This document shows, in pieces, positions 50,349-61,632 of a DNA stretch of 64,000 nt. Below the pieces are notes generated by a model, which was given only the letters and a program-made list of their open reading frames with translations, was not told where the DNA came from and made no database searches. Both the position numbers and the translations under genes were made by a program. Numbering within the stretch: position 1 is the stretch's first letter; each line of letters opens with the position of its first letter. The DNA comes from an uncultured Actinomycetota bacterium (GTDB lineage: Bacteria > Actinomycetota > Humimicrobiia > Humimicrobiales > Humimicrobiaceae). The DNA lies in contig CAZBSE010000004.1 of assembly GCA_964494385.1 (NCBI GenBank), positions 12,475 through 76,474 of the forward strand, given 5' to 3'.

Positions 50349-50915
50349 TTACCTTCCTTTTTTTAGATTCAGAACCTTTTTTAAATTTAGTAAAGCATCA
50401 TTATAATTATTATTTACTATTATGCAATCATAGTATTTCTTGTATTTGAGTTCCTCTTTTGCAATTTCCAGTCTTTCTTTAATTTTTTCCGTGCTGTCGA
50501 CACCTCTTTTTCTGATCCTTTCCTTCAGTTCCTTAAATGAAGAAGTGGTAATAAAAATCAAATATGCATCTTTTATTTTTTCTGCCACCTTCATGGCACC
50601 ACTGACTTCAATCACCAGGATTATGTTCTTACCCTCTTTCAGGCTGTCAATTACGAATTTTTTAGGGGTTCCATAGAGATTACCGGCATAAGGTGCCCAT
50701 TCAAGCAGCATATCGTTTTCTATAAGTTCCCTGAATTTTTCATCACTTACAAAATGGTATTGACTGCCGCTGATATCGCCTTTTCTCCTGGGCCTGGTAG
50801 TGACTGAGACGGATCTTATAAAATCGCCGGATTTATTTAATATATCATTGACAAGGCTGCTTTTCCCCGAACCCGAGGGTCCGGATACAATAAATAATTT
50901 TCCTTTAACTGCCAT
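50349..50915 (-). CDS. gmk: Guanylate kinase
   Basis: GPSGSGKSSLV P-loop and GMP-binding residues. Confidence 0.93.
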   Translation of the reverse strand: MAVKGKLFIVSGPSGSGKSSLVNDILNKSGDFIRSVSVTTRPRRKGDISGSQYHFVSDEKFRELIENDMLLEWAPYAGNLYGTPKKFVIDSLKEGKNIILVIEVSGAMKVAEKIKDAYLIFITTSSFKELKERIRKRGVDSTEKIKERLEIAKEELKYKKYYDCIIVNNNYNDALLNLKKVLNLKKGR

Positions 50916-50937
50916 AGAACATTTAAAAACCGGCAGC

Positions 50938-51258
50938 CTAAGTTATATTAAAAAACTTATAAAAACTGCCTTTTTGCTTGCTGCCCAATCCGCCAACTTT
51001 CTTATTGGGACTTATCTTTAAATCTTTTAAAATTTTTAAAGCATTGACTTTCCCGTTTCCGGGTAATGCGCTTACCAGATTTATGACCTTCATATTTATT
51101 ACATATTCCCTAAAGGGCTCTTCTCCTTTAAAAAGCGACTTTATGTCAAGTTTTCCCTTTTTTAGCAGATTTTTAATCTCGGCCCTCTTTTTCCTCACCT
51201 GCCTGGCTTTGTCCAGACCCTTCTTTCTGTCGCTGTCGCTTAAATTATTTAAAGACAT
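50938..51258 (-). CDS. Integration host factor of the actinobacterial mIHF type (small helix-hairpin-helix nucleoid protein)
   Basis: ALPGNGKVNALKILKDLKISPNKKVGGLGSKQKGSFYKFF aligns with the mIHF C-terminal region (ALPKVGKVKAQEIMTELEIAPTRRLRGLGDRQRKALLEKF); immediately upstream of gmk, as mIHF is in Actinobacteria. Confidence 0.65.
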   Translation of the reverse strand: MSLNNLSDSDRKKGLDKARQVRKKRAEIKNLLKKGKLDIKSLFKGEEPFREYVINMKVINLVSALPGNGKVNALKILKDLKISPNKKVGGLGSKQKGSFYKFFNIT

Positions 51259-51294
51259 AGAGCTCCTCGTTGGTTAAAAAATTAAATACATTAT

Positions 51295-51323
51295 AGTATA
51301 CAAATATATATACTTAATATCAA
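51295..51323 (-). promoter_or_regulatory. Putative sigma70-type promoter for the mIHF-gmk-rpoZ unit (TTGATA-17-TATACT)
   Basis: On the minus strand, ttgata (51323-51318), a 17-nt spacer and tatact (51300-51295), about 35 nt upstream of the mIHF ATG. Confidence 0.45.
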
Positions 51324-51329
51324 CCTTTT

Positions 51330-51947
51330 TTACTGATTGTCAACAGTTATTTTCCTGGAACCGGGATATATAAGGGGAATGTTGTCCCTGCAAAGCATAC
51401 ACTGGGAAGGCCTGTTTATTTTAATATCAAGTTTTATAAGATAATAATATGGACAGCCGAGCCTTAAGTCTTCCGACCGGTCAACTATACTTATTACGGC
51501 TTTTACATCCGCCCCTCTTTCTTTGCATATTTCTATTACTTCTTTTACCGAACCGCCCGTGGTAATAACATCTTCCGCCACTATAATCTTTTGGCCCGGT
51601 TTTATTTCAAACCCGCGTCTTAGCTCCATCTTCCCTGCTTTTCTCTCGGTAAAAATCATCCCGCAGCCCAGCTCGTAAGCCAGCATATAACCCCACAGGA
51701 TCCCTCCCACGGCCGGTGATATTATGGTGTCAATTTTTTTTATTTCAACCTTTTTACCCATAAGCTCCAGTGCGCCGCTTGCAAGTCTTGATGTGATGTC
51801 AGGATGCTGGAGCAGCCTGGCGCACTGCAGATAATATTTGCTGTGGTTTCCGGAACTCAGCAGGAAGTGCCCTTCCATTACGGAACCGGTATCCTTGAGT
51901 ATTTTATATACATCCATCGTTTTAATTTGATTTACTATTTTAATCAT
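51330..51947 (-). CDS. pyrE: Orotate phosphoribosyltransferase
   Basis: PRTase motif IIVAEDVITTGGS; last gene of the pyr operon. Confidence 0.9.
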   Translation of the reverse strand: MIKIVNQIKTMDVYKILKDTGSVMEGHFLLSSGNHSKYYLQCARLLQHPDITSRLASGALELMGKKVEIKKIDTIISPAVGGILWGYMLAYELGCGMIFTERKAGKMELRRGFEIKPGQKIIVAEDVITTGGSVKEVIEICKERGADVKAVISIVDRSEDLRLGCPYYYLIKLDIKINRPSQCMLCRDNIPLIYPGSRKITVDNQ

Positions 51948-52678
51948 GGCTTAAGTGCCCTTTCCATATTCTCCATATACAGATCAATAGTCTTTCCAAT
52001 ATCCTTTCCGGCAGTTATGGACCTTCCCGCAATTATAAAATCCGCTCCTGCCGATATTGCCTCAGAAGGGGTGCTTATTCTTTTCTGATCCCCGGCTGCG
52101 TCTCCGGCAAGCCTTATACCCGGAGTTGCGATATAAAAATCACTGCCGGCCGCCTTCCTTATCCTTTCCACCTCACGGGGTGAGCATACTATGCCGTCAA
52201 GCCCCGCCTCCCTGGAAACATTTATCAGGTTCAGGACCGAATCCATAAAGTTCCCTTTGAACCCCAGGACCTTAAGATCCTCATCATCCAGGCTTGTGAG
52301 AACGGTGACACCGAAAAGAAGGGGCCTTATTTTATTTTTCGACTGCCCATCCAGCACTTTCAGGGCTCCCTGCAGCATTGCCTTCCCTCCAAGAGTATGT
52401 ATGGTCACTATATCCACATCCAGCTTGCCTATGGCTCTTATTGCTCCGGCCACCGTATTGGGAATATCAAAAAGCTTTGCATCCAGCATCACCTTATAAC
52501 CAAAGCTCCTTACCGTATTTATCACTTCCGGGCCCACACTGTATATAAGCTCCAGGCCTATTTTTAAAGTTGAAACCCTGCCTGAAATTTTGCTGCATAA
52601 GCTTATGACATCCCTCCTGCTGCTGGTATCCAGGCATATAATCAGCCTGTCCCTTAAAGATAACTTTCTCTTTATCAA
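51944..52678 (-). CDS. pyrF: Orotidine 5'-phosphate decarboxylase
   Basis: LIICLDTSS...KVMLDAKLFDIPNTV motifs. Confidence 0.9.
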   Translation of the reverse strand: MIKRKLSLRDRLIICLDTSSRRDVISLCSKISGRVSTLKIGLELIYSVGPEVINTVRSFGYKVMLDAKLFDIPNTVAGAIRAIGKLDVDIVTIHTLGGKAMLQGALKVLDGQSKNKIRPLLFGVTVLTSLDDEDLKVLGFKGNFMDSVLNLINVSREAGLDGIVCSPREVERIRKAAGSDFYIATPGIRLAGDAAGDQKRISTPSEAISAGADFIIAGRSITAGKDIGKTIDLYMENMERALKP

Positions 52679-53640
52679 GTCCTGAGCCTTCCTATTACTT
52701 CACTTATGTTTTTAATCTTTTTCTCCTCCACATAACCATTAAGTCCTTCTATAATCTTTTTACCTATATCGTACTGTACAAAGTTAGCCGTACCGATTCC
52801 TACCGCACTGGCGCCAACCAGCATAAACTCCACGGCATCCTGCCAGCTGAAAATACCTCCCATCCCGATAAGGGGTAGAATTTTTTCCCTGGCCAGCGTA
52901 TAAACCTTTGCCAGCGCAATGGGCTTTACCGCCGGTCCTGACAGCCCGCCTAAAATATTGCCCAGTGCGGGTTTGAAGGTTTCTATATCCACTGCCATGC
53001 CCACTACGGTATTAATCAGCGATATGGCTTCAGCACCTCCTCTTTTTGCCGCATCAGCTGCCTGTATAAGATTGTGGTGGTTGGGACTCAGTTTGGCTAT
53101 AACCGGAATATTTATGGTACTGCATGCAGAGTTTACTATTCTTTCAACCTCATCGGGCATGGAACAGAAAGCCATTCCTCCCTTCTTGACGTTGGGGCAG
53201 GAAAGATTTAGTTCCACAGCCGTGATTCTATCCCTGATATCAACAGTTCTGGTCAGTATGGCCTTGAACTCTTCCGCATCTTCCCCGAATACACTTAAAA
53301 TAAGCCTTGCTTTTAATTCCTCGGCCCGGGGCAGATGATCACTGATAAATTTTTCTATTCCGTCATTCTGCAGACCGATTGAATTAAGCAGCCCGCAGGG
53401 AGTCTCGCATATCCTGGGCGCCGGATTTCCGCATCTTGATTTAAGTGAATAGCTTTTGGTAACCACTGCACCCAGCAAGGATACATCAAAAAACCGGTTG
53501 TGTTCCGTTCCGAAGCCAAAAGTGCCTGAACAGGCAATAACCGGATTATCCAGCCTTATCCTCCCCAGTCTTACCGATAGTGAGGAGCTGCTTTCCCTGT
53601 TATTTATCTCCTGTGGAAATAAACTATTCTGCTCAGTCAA
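52675..53640 (-). CDS. pyrD: Dihydroorotate dehydrogenase 1B, catalytic subunit
   Basis: IACSGTFGFG and the FMN-binding TIM barrel; paired with pyrK. Confidence 0.92.
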   Translation of the reverse strand: MTEQNSLFPQEINNRESSSSLSVRLGRIRLDNPVIACSGTFGFGTEHNRFFDVSLLGAVVTKSYSLKSRCGNPAPRICETPCGLLNSIGLQNDGIEKFISDHLPRAEELKARLILSVFGEDAEEFKAILTRTVDIRDRITAVELNLSCPNVKKGGMAFCSMPDEVERIVNSACSTINIPVIAKLSPNHHNLIQAADAAKRGGAEAISLINTVVGMAVDIETFKPALGNILGGLSGPAVKPIALAKVYTLAREKILPLIGMGGIFSWQDAVEFMLVGASAVGIGTANFVQYDIGKKIIEGLNGYVEEKKIKNISEVIGRLRT

Positions 53641-54421
53641 ATATTACCTCCTTAAGATCGAAAGCAGGACCGTCCTGGCATATTTTCATATAGGAAAATC
53701 CTTTTTTCCCTTTTCTTATCTTAACGGCACACCCTGCACAGACCCCGATCCCGCATGCCATTTTTTCCTCCAGAAGCACTGTCACTTTATTGTTTCTATT
53801 GCTGTAAATATCCTGCAGCGCTTTAAGCATGTTCACGGGCCCGCAGCAGTAAATATCATAACCTTCGAATGCCGCTGCATTGTCCCTTATATAATCCGTA
53901 ACCAATCCCTTCTCGCCGCAGGAGCCGTCTTCTGTAGATATGCTGTAATTTATCTTTAGCTCGATTAGATCCTTTTCCCACTTCAGGAAACTGTTATCCC
54001 TGAACCCCACCGCAAAAAACACATTCTTTTTCCTGCAGGCTGCAAGCCTGGCTATAAGGTTCAGGGGAGCTATGCCGATACCTCCTCCTATAAGCAGAAG
54101 GTCGTCTCCGTTCAGTTTTATTTCTTTTCCCAGAGGTCCCGCAAAATCAAGCATATCCCCTCTCTCCAGCCGGGACATGAAAACGGTACCGATACCCTTT
54201 AATTTATATAATATGGAAAAGACATTAAATTTTTCCTCTATATCAAAAATACTGAAAGGACGCCTGAGCAAAGGATCCATAACTCCTTCAGGCGCACATT
54301 TTACATTAATAAAATTGCCGGCCCCGGCATTCCTGCATATGTAAGGCGAAAAGATCTCCATCTTATAGAGATTGTCGCTGTATCTGTCATTTGAGAGTAT
54401 TTCGCCTTTTAATAATTTCAT
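53633..54421 (-). CDS. pyrK: Dihydroorotate dehydrogenase electron-transfer subunit
   Basis: FAD/NAD-binding fold plus the C-terminal 2Fe-2S cluster CGIGVCAGC. Confidence 0.9.
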   Translation of the reverse strand: MKLLKGEILSNDRYSDNLYKMEIFSPYICRNAGAGNFINVKCAPEGVMDPLLRRPFSIFDIEEKFNVFSILYKLKGIGTVFMSRLERGDMLDFAGPLGKEIKLNGDDLLLIGGGIGIAPLNLIARLAACRKKNVFFAVGFRDNSFLKWEKDLIELKINYSISTEDGSCGEKGLVTDYIRDNAAAFEGYDIYCCGPVNMLKALQDIYSNRNNKVTVLLEEKMACGIGVCAGCAVKIRKGKKGFSYMKICQDGPAFDLKEVIFD

Positions 54422-57400
54422 CAGTACTCCTGTATAGGTTTTACCTTGACTTTTGAGTTATATTTCATCTCCTGTATTCCCTGGACCAGAGCCGAAGCGC
54501 CTGATATGGTAGTAATCGATGGCACGTTCCTGAGAACCGCTGCGGTCCTTAAATAGTACCCGTCGCTCCTGGCAATCTTTCCCTCGGGAGTATTTATGAT
54601 CAGGTCAATTTCCCCGTTTTTTATCATATCCAGGACATTGGGTCTTCCTTCCCTTATTTTCATTACCTTATGGCACTTTATTCCCTTTTCTTCCAGTGCG
54701 TCTCCCGTTCCCCTGGTGGAAATTATATTAAAGCCCAGTTTTGATAATTTTCCGGCTATATCAATTATAACTTCCTTATCCCTGTCATGGACACTTATGA
54801 AAACCGAGCCCGAAGTTGGAAACACCTGATTGATCGAGATCTGTGTCTTGGCAAAAGCAATCCCGAAACTGCTGTCTATACCCATTACTTCACCCGTGGA
54901 TTTCATCTCCGGTCCCAGTATGGTATCCGCACCGGGGAACCTGTTAAAGGGCATTACTGCTTCTTTGATGCTGTAATAATCAAGCGATGTGGGATCAACT
55001 CTTTTAAAATCGATACTTTTAAGCTTCCTGCCGGTCATTACCAGAGCAGCGATCTTTGCCATAGGAACCTTTATGGATTTACTGACAAAAGGAATGGTCC
55101 TTGAAGCCCTGGGATTGGCTTCCAGAACATAAACGATGGAATCCTTTACTGCATACTGAACGTTCATAAGTCCTACCACCCCAAGTTCCTTTGCCATTTT
55201 ATAAGTGTAATCCCTGATTGTCTTTATTATTTTTTTATCCAGAGTGAAAGGCGGTATGACGCAGGCGCTGTCGCCCGAATGTATTCCCGCTTCCTCTATA
55301 TGCTCCATGATCCCGCCGATAAACAGTTCGTCGCCGTCATAGACGGCGTCAACATCTACTTCCACCGCGCTCTCCAGAAATTTATCAATAAGTATGGGCC
55401 TGTCATTTGACACCATTGCCGCATTTTTAACATAACTTATAAGGCTTTCTTCGGTATAGACTATGCTCATGGCTCTTCCTCCCAGTACATAAGAGGGCCT
55501 TACCAGGACCGGATAACCGATCCTTACGGCTATCTCTTTTGCTTTTTTAACATCCATAGCGGTTCCGTTTTCTGCCTGCGGGATGTTTAGCTTCTTGAGC
55601 ATGGAACCGAATCTTTTACGGTCCTCGGCCAGGTCGATACTGTCAGGCGATGTACCCAGGATATTCACTCCCGCTTTCTGCAGTTCCAGTGACAGCTTAA
55701 GCGGAGTCTGTCCGCCGAATTGCACTATTACTCCATGGGGTTTTTCGGCCTCCACAATATTCATAACATCTTCAAAAGTCAGCGGTTCAAAATACAGCCT
55801 ATCCGATGTATCGTAATCGGTGCTCACTGTCTCGGGATTGCAATTTACCATTATGGTCTCATAACCCGCGTCATGCAGGGCAAAAGAGGCATGTACGCAG
55901 CAGTAATCAAATTCTATTCCCTGTCCTATACGGTTGGGCCCGCTGCCAAGTATTATAATTTTTTCTTTTACGGCAGGCATGATCTCATCTTCGCTTTCAT
56001 AAGTGGAGTAATAATAGGGGGTATAGGCCTCAAACTCAGCGGCACAGGTATCTACCGTTTTAAAAGTGGCAATAACGCCCAGTTTTTTTCTTAAGTTCCT
56101 TATTTTACTCTCACTGCAGCCGCATAGGTAACCAAGCTGCATGTCCGAATAACCATATCTTTTGGCCTTGCAGAGAAGCTTTTGGGTCATATTTTTAACA
56201 TCGAGATCCTTAAATGTTTTTTCAAATTCCACCAGCTGTTTTATGTTGTTTAAAAACCAGGGGTCTATTTTAGTGTAGCTGTATATGTCCTCGACACTTC
56301 TGCCCAGCTCAAAGGCAAATTTTATATAAAATACCCTGTCCTGATTTGGTATGGAAAGCTTCTTTTCAAGCAGTTCCTCGATTATGCCGTCCTTTCCGTC
56401 CGCCCCCAGCCCGTAGCGGTCTATTTCCAGGGACCGTATCGATTTTTGAAGAGCTTCCTTAAAGGTCCTTCCGATGGCCATGGCTTCACCTACCGATTTC
56501 ATCCTGGTAGTCAGGCTTATATCTGTTCCGGGGAATTTTTCAAATGCCCATCTCGGAAACTTTACCACCACATAATCTATGGAGGGTTCGAAACAGGCAG
56601 GAGTCTTTTTGGTGATGTCATTGGGTATCTCGTCAAGAGTGTAGCCCACTGCCAGCTTGGTGGCAATTTTTGCAATTGGAAATCCCGTAGCCTTGGAAGC
56701 CAGGGCACTGCTTCTGGAAACCCTTGGATTCATCTCGATTACTGCCATCTTTCCATTTACCGGATTTATGGCAAACTGTATATTGGACCCCCCGGTCTCC
56801 ACCCCTATTTCCCTTATAATTGCCAGTGCGGCATTCCTCATATCCTGATATTCACGGTCGCTTAATGTCTGGGCAGGAGCCACGGTAATACTGTCCCCGG
56901 TATGAACTCCCATGGGGTCAAAGTTTTCAATGGAACATACGATTACCACATTGTCATTCTTGTCCCTCATAACTTCAAGCTCGTATTCCTTCCACCCCGC
57001 CACCGACTTTTCAACCAGCACTTCCGATATGGGGGAAAGATCCAGCCCCCTGGTCACAGTGTCGGTAAATTCGTCCTTGTTAAAGGCTACACCGCCTCCC
57101 AGGCCCCCCAGGGTAAAGCTTGGCCTTACCACCAGAGGAAATCTTAACCTTCGGCTTATCTCCAGAGCCTCTTTTAAGCTGCGGGCATAACCGCTTGGAG
57201 GCACATACAACCCTATATTTGCCATGGCTTTTTTAAATTTCTCCCTGTCTTCCGCCTTATTTATTGCCTCCACGTTTGCGCCTATAAGCTCTACGCCGTA
57301 TTTTGACAGGATCTTTTCTTTTCCCAGCATGACCGCAATGTTCAGTCCCGTCTGTCCTCCCAGGGTGGGCAGTATGGCATCCGGCCTTTCCCTGTCTATA

Positions 57401-57630
57401 ATTTTTGTAACAAATTCAACATTTAAGGGTTCGATATAGGTCTTGTCCGCAAATTCGGGGTCGGTCATAATAGTGGCTGGATTGCTGTTTACCAGAACCA
57501 CTTTATATCCTTCTTCTTTAAGGACCTTGCAGCCCTGGGTCCCGGAGTAATCAAACTCACAGGCCTGCCCTATTATTATGGGGCCCGAGCCTATAATCAT
57601 CACCTTTTTTATATCTTTCCTTTTGGGCAC
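54421..57630 (-). CDS. carB: Carbamoyl-phosphate synthase large subunit
   Basis: 1069 aa; duplicated ATP-grasp halves plus the MGS-like C-domain. Confidence 0.97.
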   Translation of the reverse strand: MPKRKDIKKVMIIGSGPIIIGQACEFDYSGTQGCKVLKEEGYKVVLVNSNPATIMTDPEFADKTYIEPLNVEFVTKIIDRERPDAILPTLGGQTGLNIAVMLGKEKILSKYGVELIGANVEAINKAEDREKFKKAMANIGLYVPPSGYARSLKEALEISRRLRFPLVVRPSFTLGGLGGGVAFNKDEFTDTVTRGLDLSPISEVLVEKSVAGWKEYELEVMRDKNDNVVIVCSIENFDPMGVHTGDSITVAPAQTLSDREYQDMRNAALAIIREIGVETGGSNIQFAINPVNGKMAVIEMNPRVSRSSALASKATGFPIAKIATKLAVGYTLDEIPNDITKKTPACFEPSIDYVVVKFPRWAFEKFPGTDISLTTRMKSVGEAMAIGRTFKEALQKSIRSLEIDRYGLGADGKDGIIEELLEKKLSIPNQDRVFYIKFAFELGRSVEDIYSYTKIDPWFLNNIKQLVEFEKTFKDLDVKNMTQKLLCKAKRYGYSDMQLGYLCGCSESKIRNLRKKLGVIATFKTVDTCAAEFEAYTPYYYSTYESEDEIMPAVKEKIIILGSGPNRIGQGIEFDYCCVHASFALHDAGYETIMVNCNPETVSTDYDTSDRLYFEPLTFEDVMNIVEAEKPHGVIVQFGGQTPLKLSLELQKAGVNILGTSPDSIDLAEDRKRFGSMLKKLNIPQAENGTAMDVKKAKEIAVRIGYPVLVRPSYVLGGRAMSIVYTEESLISYVKNAAMVSNDRPILIDKFLESAVEVDVDAVYDGDELFIGGIMEHIEEAGIHSGDSACVIPPFTLDKKIIKTIRDYTYKMAKELGVVGLMNVQYAVKDSIVYVLEANPRASRTIPFVSKSIKVPMAKIAALVMTGRKLKSIDFKRVDPTSLDYYSIKEAVMPFNRFPGADTILGPEMKSTGEVMGIDSSFGIAFAKTQISINQVFPTSGSVFISVHDRDKEVIIDIAGKLSKLGFNIISTRGTGDALEEKGIKCHKVMKIREGRPNVLDMIKNGEIDLIINTPEGKIARSDGYYLRTAAVLRNVPSITTISGASALVQGIQEMKYNSKVKVKPIQEY

Positions 57631-57634
57631 GCTA

Positions 57635-58753
57635 TTATGCTTCCGCTAACTTAAAATTATCAATATAGTTTTTAAATTTTTTAAATATATATCTGGAATC
57701 ATGGGGGCCCGGACCTGCTTCGGGGTGGTGCTGAACCGAAAGCGAGCCTATTTTGGGATATTCTATTCCCTCTATTGTCCCGTCATTTAAATTCAGGTGC
57801 GTTACTTTATATCCCGTAACCTTAACGGATTTAAGCGAATCAATATCCACTGAAAATCCGTGATTCTGCGTGGTCACTTCGACTTCACCTGTCTCTAAAT
57901 TTTTTACCGGATGATTCGCCCCGTGATGGCCGAATTTTAACTTATAGGTTTTTGCACCCAGGGCCAGTGCCAGCAGCTGATGTCCCAGACAGATTCCAAA
58001 TAAGGGCTTCTTTCCTATCAGCCTTTTTATGTTGGAAATGGCATAGTCTACTGCAGCAGGATCCCCCGGGCCGTTGGACAGAAGGATCCCGTCCGGATTT
58101 CCGGCCAGGACCTCGTCTGCGTCCGCAGCCGCAGGTACTACCCTTATCTTAAAGCCCGCATCAGACAGGCATCTTAGGATATTAAGCTTTACTCCGTAGT
58201 CATAAACTGCAACGGTACAGCTGCAGCCGCTTCTTCCCGGGTTAAAGGTATAGGGCTCCCTGCAGGTAACAAGATCCACAAGGTTTTTTCCCTCCATATC
58301 AGGGTAGCTTTTTAATTTTCCGGCCAGAATTTTTTTATTAAAAGTTTTAGTAGATATTATACCTTTCATGGCGCCTTTAACCCTTATATGCTTGGTAAGC
58401 TGCCTGGTATCAATTTCCGAAATTCCCATGATATTGTACTTTTTTAAGTACTGCTCCAGGCTGGACTCGGCTCTCCAGCTGCTGTAATATTCAAGATGTT
58501 CCCTTACAATAAATCCCTTTACCTGGACCTTTTCCGACTCTATGTCCTTACTGTTTATCCCATAGTTGCCTATCTGGGGATAGGTCATGGTAACAATCTG
58601 CTCGCAGTAAGAGGGGTCGGTCAGAATTTCCTGATAGCCGGTCATGGAAGTGTTAAAAACAACTTCCCCCATTATCTCGCCCCCGCAGCCGAAACTTTTG
58701 CCTTCAAACACTTTACCGTCTTCAAGTACCAATATCGCTTCCAACTCAATCAC
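57635..58753 (-). CDS. carA: Carbamoyl-phosphate synthase small (glutaminase) subunit
   Basis: Class I GATase triad (GICLGHQ...) and the CarA N-domain. Confidence 0.95.
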   Translation of the reverse strand: MIELEAILVLEDGKVFEGKSFGCGGEIMGEVVFNTSMTGYQEILTDPSYCEQIVTMTYPQIGNYGINSKDIESEKVQVKGFIVREHLEYYSSWRAESSLEQYLKKYNIMGISEIDTRQLTKHIRVKGAMKGIISTKTFNKKILAGKLKSYPDMEGKNLVDLVTCREPYTFNPGRSGCSCTVAVYDYGVKLNILRCLSDAGFKIRVVPAAADADEVLAGNPDGILLSNGPGDPAAVDYAISNIKRLIGKKPLFGICLGHQLLALALGAKTYKLKFGHHGANHPVKNLETGEVEVTTQNHGFSVDIDSLKSVKVTGYKVTHLNLNDGTIEGIEYPKIGSLSVQHHPEAGPGPHDSRYIFKKFKNYIDNFKLAEA

Positions 58754-60041
58754 TCCTGTAAATTAATTTGCCCTTGCTTATGGTGCAGACCACCTTTCCC
58801 TTCAGCTTCTGACCTATAAAGGCGCTGTTTTTACTTTTTGATATGAAATCTTCCCTCTTTACTGTCTTTTCCGTACCGGTGTCTATAACCGCAATATCGG
58901 CCAGCCTACCCACCTCTATCTTTCCGGCGTCTATGCCCAGTATCTTTGCAGGTGAGGCTGTTATCAGCTTTATAAGTCCGGGAAGGCTCATTTTTCCCTC
59001 TCCGCATAATTTGCTAAAAGATGCGCTGAACAGTGTCTCCAGGCCGATGGTTCCGAATTCTGCCAGTCTGAAGGTGGTATTTTTTTCGGTATCAAGATGG
59101 GGGGCATGGTCGCTTGCCACCGCATCAATTACCCCCTCCTTTATGCCGCCTACCAGAGCCTGCCTGTCCTCCTCGCTCCTTATGGGAGGCTTGACCTTGA
59201 GGCTGGTGTTAAAGGAAGTAAGAAAGCTGTCATTGAAAAACAAATGGTGCGGGGTCACATCACAGGTTATATTGATCCCGTCCTTTTTGGCTTTCCTTAT
59301 CATCTCCACCCCGCTTTTTGTGCTGAGGTGGGTTATATGTATTTTTGCCCCGCTTCTTGCGGCAAGGATTATGTCCCTGGCTATCATAAGGTCATCTGCC
59401 AGAGGCGATATCCCTTCCAGCCCCAGCATCGAAGAATAACGTCCCTCATGCATCAGACCGTCTCCCGACATGAGGATATCTTCTTCATGCAGTATCAGGG
59501 GAAGACCGAACTGTTTAGAATATCTCATAATCTCATACATCAGCCTGCTGTCACCGACACATTTGCCGTCGTCTGAAAAACCTACCGCTCCCGCCTCGGC
59601 CAGCAGCCCCATTTCAGTTATCTCTTTTCCTTTGAGCCCCCTGGTCATGGCCGCAACAGGAAAAACCCTGCAGGCCGCATCAATTGATTTTTCCAGGACA
59701 TATTTTACCGTATGCTCGCTGTCTATGGCCGGTCTGGTATTGGGCATACAGGCAGCAGCGGTTACGCCTCCCTTTACCGCAGCCAGCGCTCCGCTTTCAA
59801 TGGTTTCCTTATCCTCAAATCCGGGGTCCCTCAGATGAACGTGCATGTCCACAAACCCCGGTGAAACCGACAGCCCTTCCGCATCGATTTTAACCGCAGT
59901 ACTGCCGGCCTTAATATTTTTGCCTATTTCAGTTACAATTCCGTCTTTTATGTAAATGTCGGAAGCAAATACACCGCCCTCTGCGGGATCGATTATTGTG
60001 CCTCCCTTTATTAATATATTTCTGTTTTCGGTCTTATCCAT
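58746..60041 (-). CDS. pyrC: Dihydroorotase
   Basis: DMHVHLRDPG metal-binding motif; amidohydrolase fold. Confidence 0.93.
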   Translation of the reverse strand: MDKTENRNILIKGGTIIDPAEGGVFASDIYIKDGIVTEIGKNIKAGSTAVKIDAEGLSVSPGFVDMHVHLRDPGFEDKETIESGALAAVKGGVTAAACMPNTRPAIDSEHTVKYVLEKSIDAACRVFPVAAMTRGLKGKEITEMGLLAEAGAVGFSDDGKCVGDSRLMYEIMRYSKQFGLPLILHEEDILMSGDGLMHEGRYSSMLGLEGISPLADDLMIARDIILAARSGAKIHITHLSTKSGVEMIRKAKKDGINITCDVTPHHLFFNDSFLTSFNTSLKVKPPIRSEEDRQALVGGIKEGVIDAVASDHAPHLDTEKNTTFRLAEFGTIGLETLFSASFSKLCGEGKMSLPGLIKLITASPAKILGIDAGKIEVGRLADIAVIDTGTEKTVKREDFISKSKNSAFIGQKLKGKVVCTISKGKLIYRSD

Positions 60042-60047
60042 ATAACA

Positions 60048-60968
60048 TCATCCCAGTATTAAATATAGTATGGCCATTCTTATGGCCACCCCGGAAGTTA
60101 CCTGCTTTTCAATCACGATTTTGTCCGCCAGTTTTCCTTTTACATCCATTACCTCATCGGTAATCTCTATCCCCCTGTTTACCGGTCCGGGGTGCATAAC
60201 TATCGAGCCGGACTTCATTCTTTTCAGCCTGTCCATATCAAGACCCAAAAACCGTTTATACTCCATCACCGATGGGTAAAATTTCCTGCTCTGCCTTTCA
60301 AACTGCATCCTTAACATATACAGGATATCGCAGTCTTCTATGACATCGTCAATGCAGTGCCTTACCTTAATTTCGGAAAAGTCCTCGGGTAAAAACATGG
60401 TGGGAGAAACTATAGTCACGTCCATGCCCATCTTTTTAAAAAGGGCAACATCCGATCTCGCCACCCTGCTGTCCAGAAAATCTCCCACAACGGCCGCTTT
60501 GAGCCCTTTTAATTTGCCGAATTCCTTATTTATGGTGTACAGATCCAGCAGTGCCTGGGTCGGGTGCCGGTTCTTTCCGTCCCCGGCGTTTATTACAGGG
60601 ATATCCGTCAGCCTGTCCATCATAACTGCTGTTCCGCTGTCAGGGTGCCTTATTATTACCAGATCGACCTTCATGGAAAGTATGGTCCTTAAAGTGTCTA
60701 TTATGGACTCACCTTTTTTCAGGCTGCTGTCCGGAGCCGAAAAATTAACAATGTCTGCGCTCAGCCTCTTGGCCGCTATCTCAAATGAAGTCCTGGTCCT
60801 GGTACTGGGCTCGAAAAAGAGATTAAATACGGTTTTACCCCTCAGGGTGGGGACCTTTTTTACCTTCCTTTTCGAAATCTCTCCGAAAGAATCTGCATTT
60901 GAGAGTATGAGCTCTATGTCCCCGGGCTCCAGGCTGTCTATATCCAGCAGGCTTTTATTGCTTAACAT
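60048..60968 (-). CDS. pyrB: Aspartate carbamoyltransferase catalytic subunit
   Basis: STRTR carbamoyl-phosphate-binding motif and HPxQ. Confidence 0.95.
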   Translation of the reverse strand: MLSNKSLLDIDSLEPGDIELILSNADSFGEISKRKVKKVPTLRGKTVFNLFFEPSTRTRTSFEIAAKRLSADIVNFSAPDSSLKKGESIIDTLRTILSMKVDLVIIRHPDSGTAVMMDRLTDIPVINAGDGKNRHPTQALLDLYTINKEFGKLKGLKAAVVGDFLDSRVARSDVALFKKMGMDVTIVSPTMFLPEDFSEIKVRHCIDDVIEDCDILYMLRMQFERQSRKFYPSVMEYKRFLGLDMDRLKRMKSGSIVMHPGPVNRGIEITDEVMDVKGKLADKIVIEKQVTSGVAIRMAILYLILG

Positions 60969-60970
60969 GG

Positions 60971-61507
60971 CTATTCCTTCTTTACCACTGTGACACTATC
61001 CGTACCGTCAACCTCTTTTAATTTTACCTCTACTGATTCACTGCGGGAGGTGGGCAGGTTCTTTCCTACATAATCGGCCCTTATGGGAAGTTCCCTGTGC
61101 CCCCTGTCTATTAAAACCACCAGCTGTATGCTTCTGGGCCTTCCGAAATCTATTATGGCATCCATGGCCGCCCTTACCGTTCTTCCGGTGTAGAGCACAT
61201 CGTCAACCAGGATCACGTTCTTTCCGCCTATATCAAAGGAGATATCGGTTATCTGGGCATCCCGCTTTATGCTCCTGCCTATATCGTCCCTGTAAAAGGT
61301 TATATCAAGCTTGCCCGCATCGACCCTGGCCCCTTCAAACTTTTCAATATTTGCGACTATCCTGTTTGCCAGAGGAACTCCCCTTTTCTGAAGACCTATG
61401 AAAACAAGGTTCCCGGGACCTTTGTTTCTCTCCAGGATCTCATGTGAGATCCTCTTGATTACCCTTTCCATGTCACTTTCGCTTAAAATGTTTGCTATTT
61501 CCGGCAT
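60971..61507 (-). CDS. pyrR: Bifunctional pyrimidine operon attenuation regulator / uracil phosphoribosyltransferase PyrR
   Basis: PRTase-type fold ([12 protein letters not shown]); first gene of the pyrR-B-C-carAB-K-D-F-E cluster. Confidence 0.92.
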   Translation of the reverse strand: MPEIANILSESDMERVIKRISHEILERNKGPGNLVFIGLQKRGVPLANRIVANIEKFEGARVDAGKLDITFYRDDIGRSIKRDAQITDISFDIGGKNVILVDDVLYTGRTVRAAMDAIIDFGRPRSIQLVVLIDRGHRELPIRADYVGKNLPTSRSESVEVKLKEVDGTDSVTVVKKE

Positions 61508-61522
61508 AATCCCTCACTGCAT

Positions 61523-61554
61523 AAAAAAACCTCCTTACCATATAGGTAAGAAGG
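61523..61554 (-). terminator. pyr leader attenuator terminator (10-bp stem, UAUAU loop, U7)
   Basis: Minus-strand RNA CCUUCUUACC-UAUAU-GGUAAGGAGG followed by UUUUUUU, just 5' of the pyrR RBS/ATG. Confidence 0.65.
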
Positions 61555-61601
61555 TCAAAATATTACTTATATTGGAATATTTTATAAATATTTTTTTCAT
61601 T

Positions 61602-61632
61602 CCTTTTTAGTCTCTCCGGACTATTTTAAAGG
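61602..61632 (-). promoter_or_regulatory. PyrR-binding loop (anti-antiterminator hairpin) in the pyr leader
   Basis: Minus-strand RNA CCUUUAAAAUAGUCCGGAGAGACUAAAAAGG contains AGUCCGGAGAGACU, matching the conserved PyrR box ARUCCNGAGAGGYU with one mismatch. It sits in a stem-loop about 50 nt upstream of the terminator. Confidence 0.65.
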
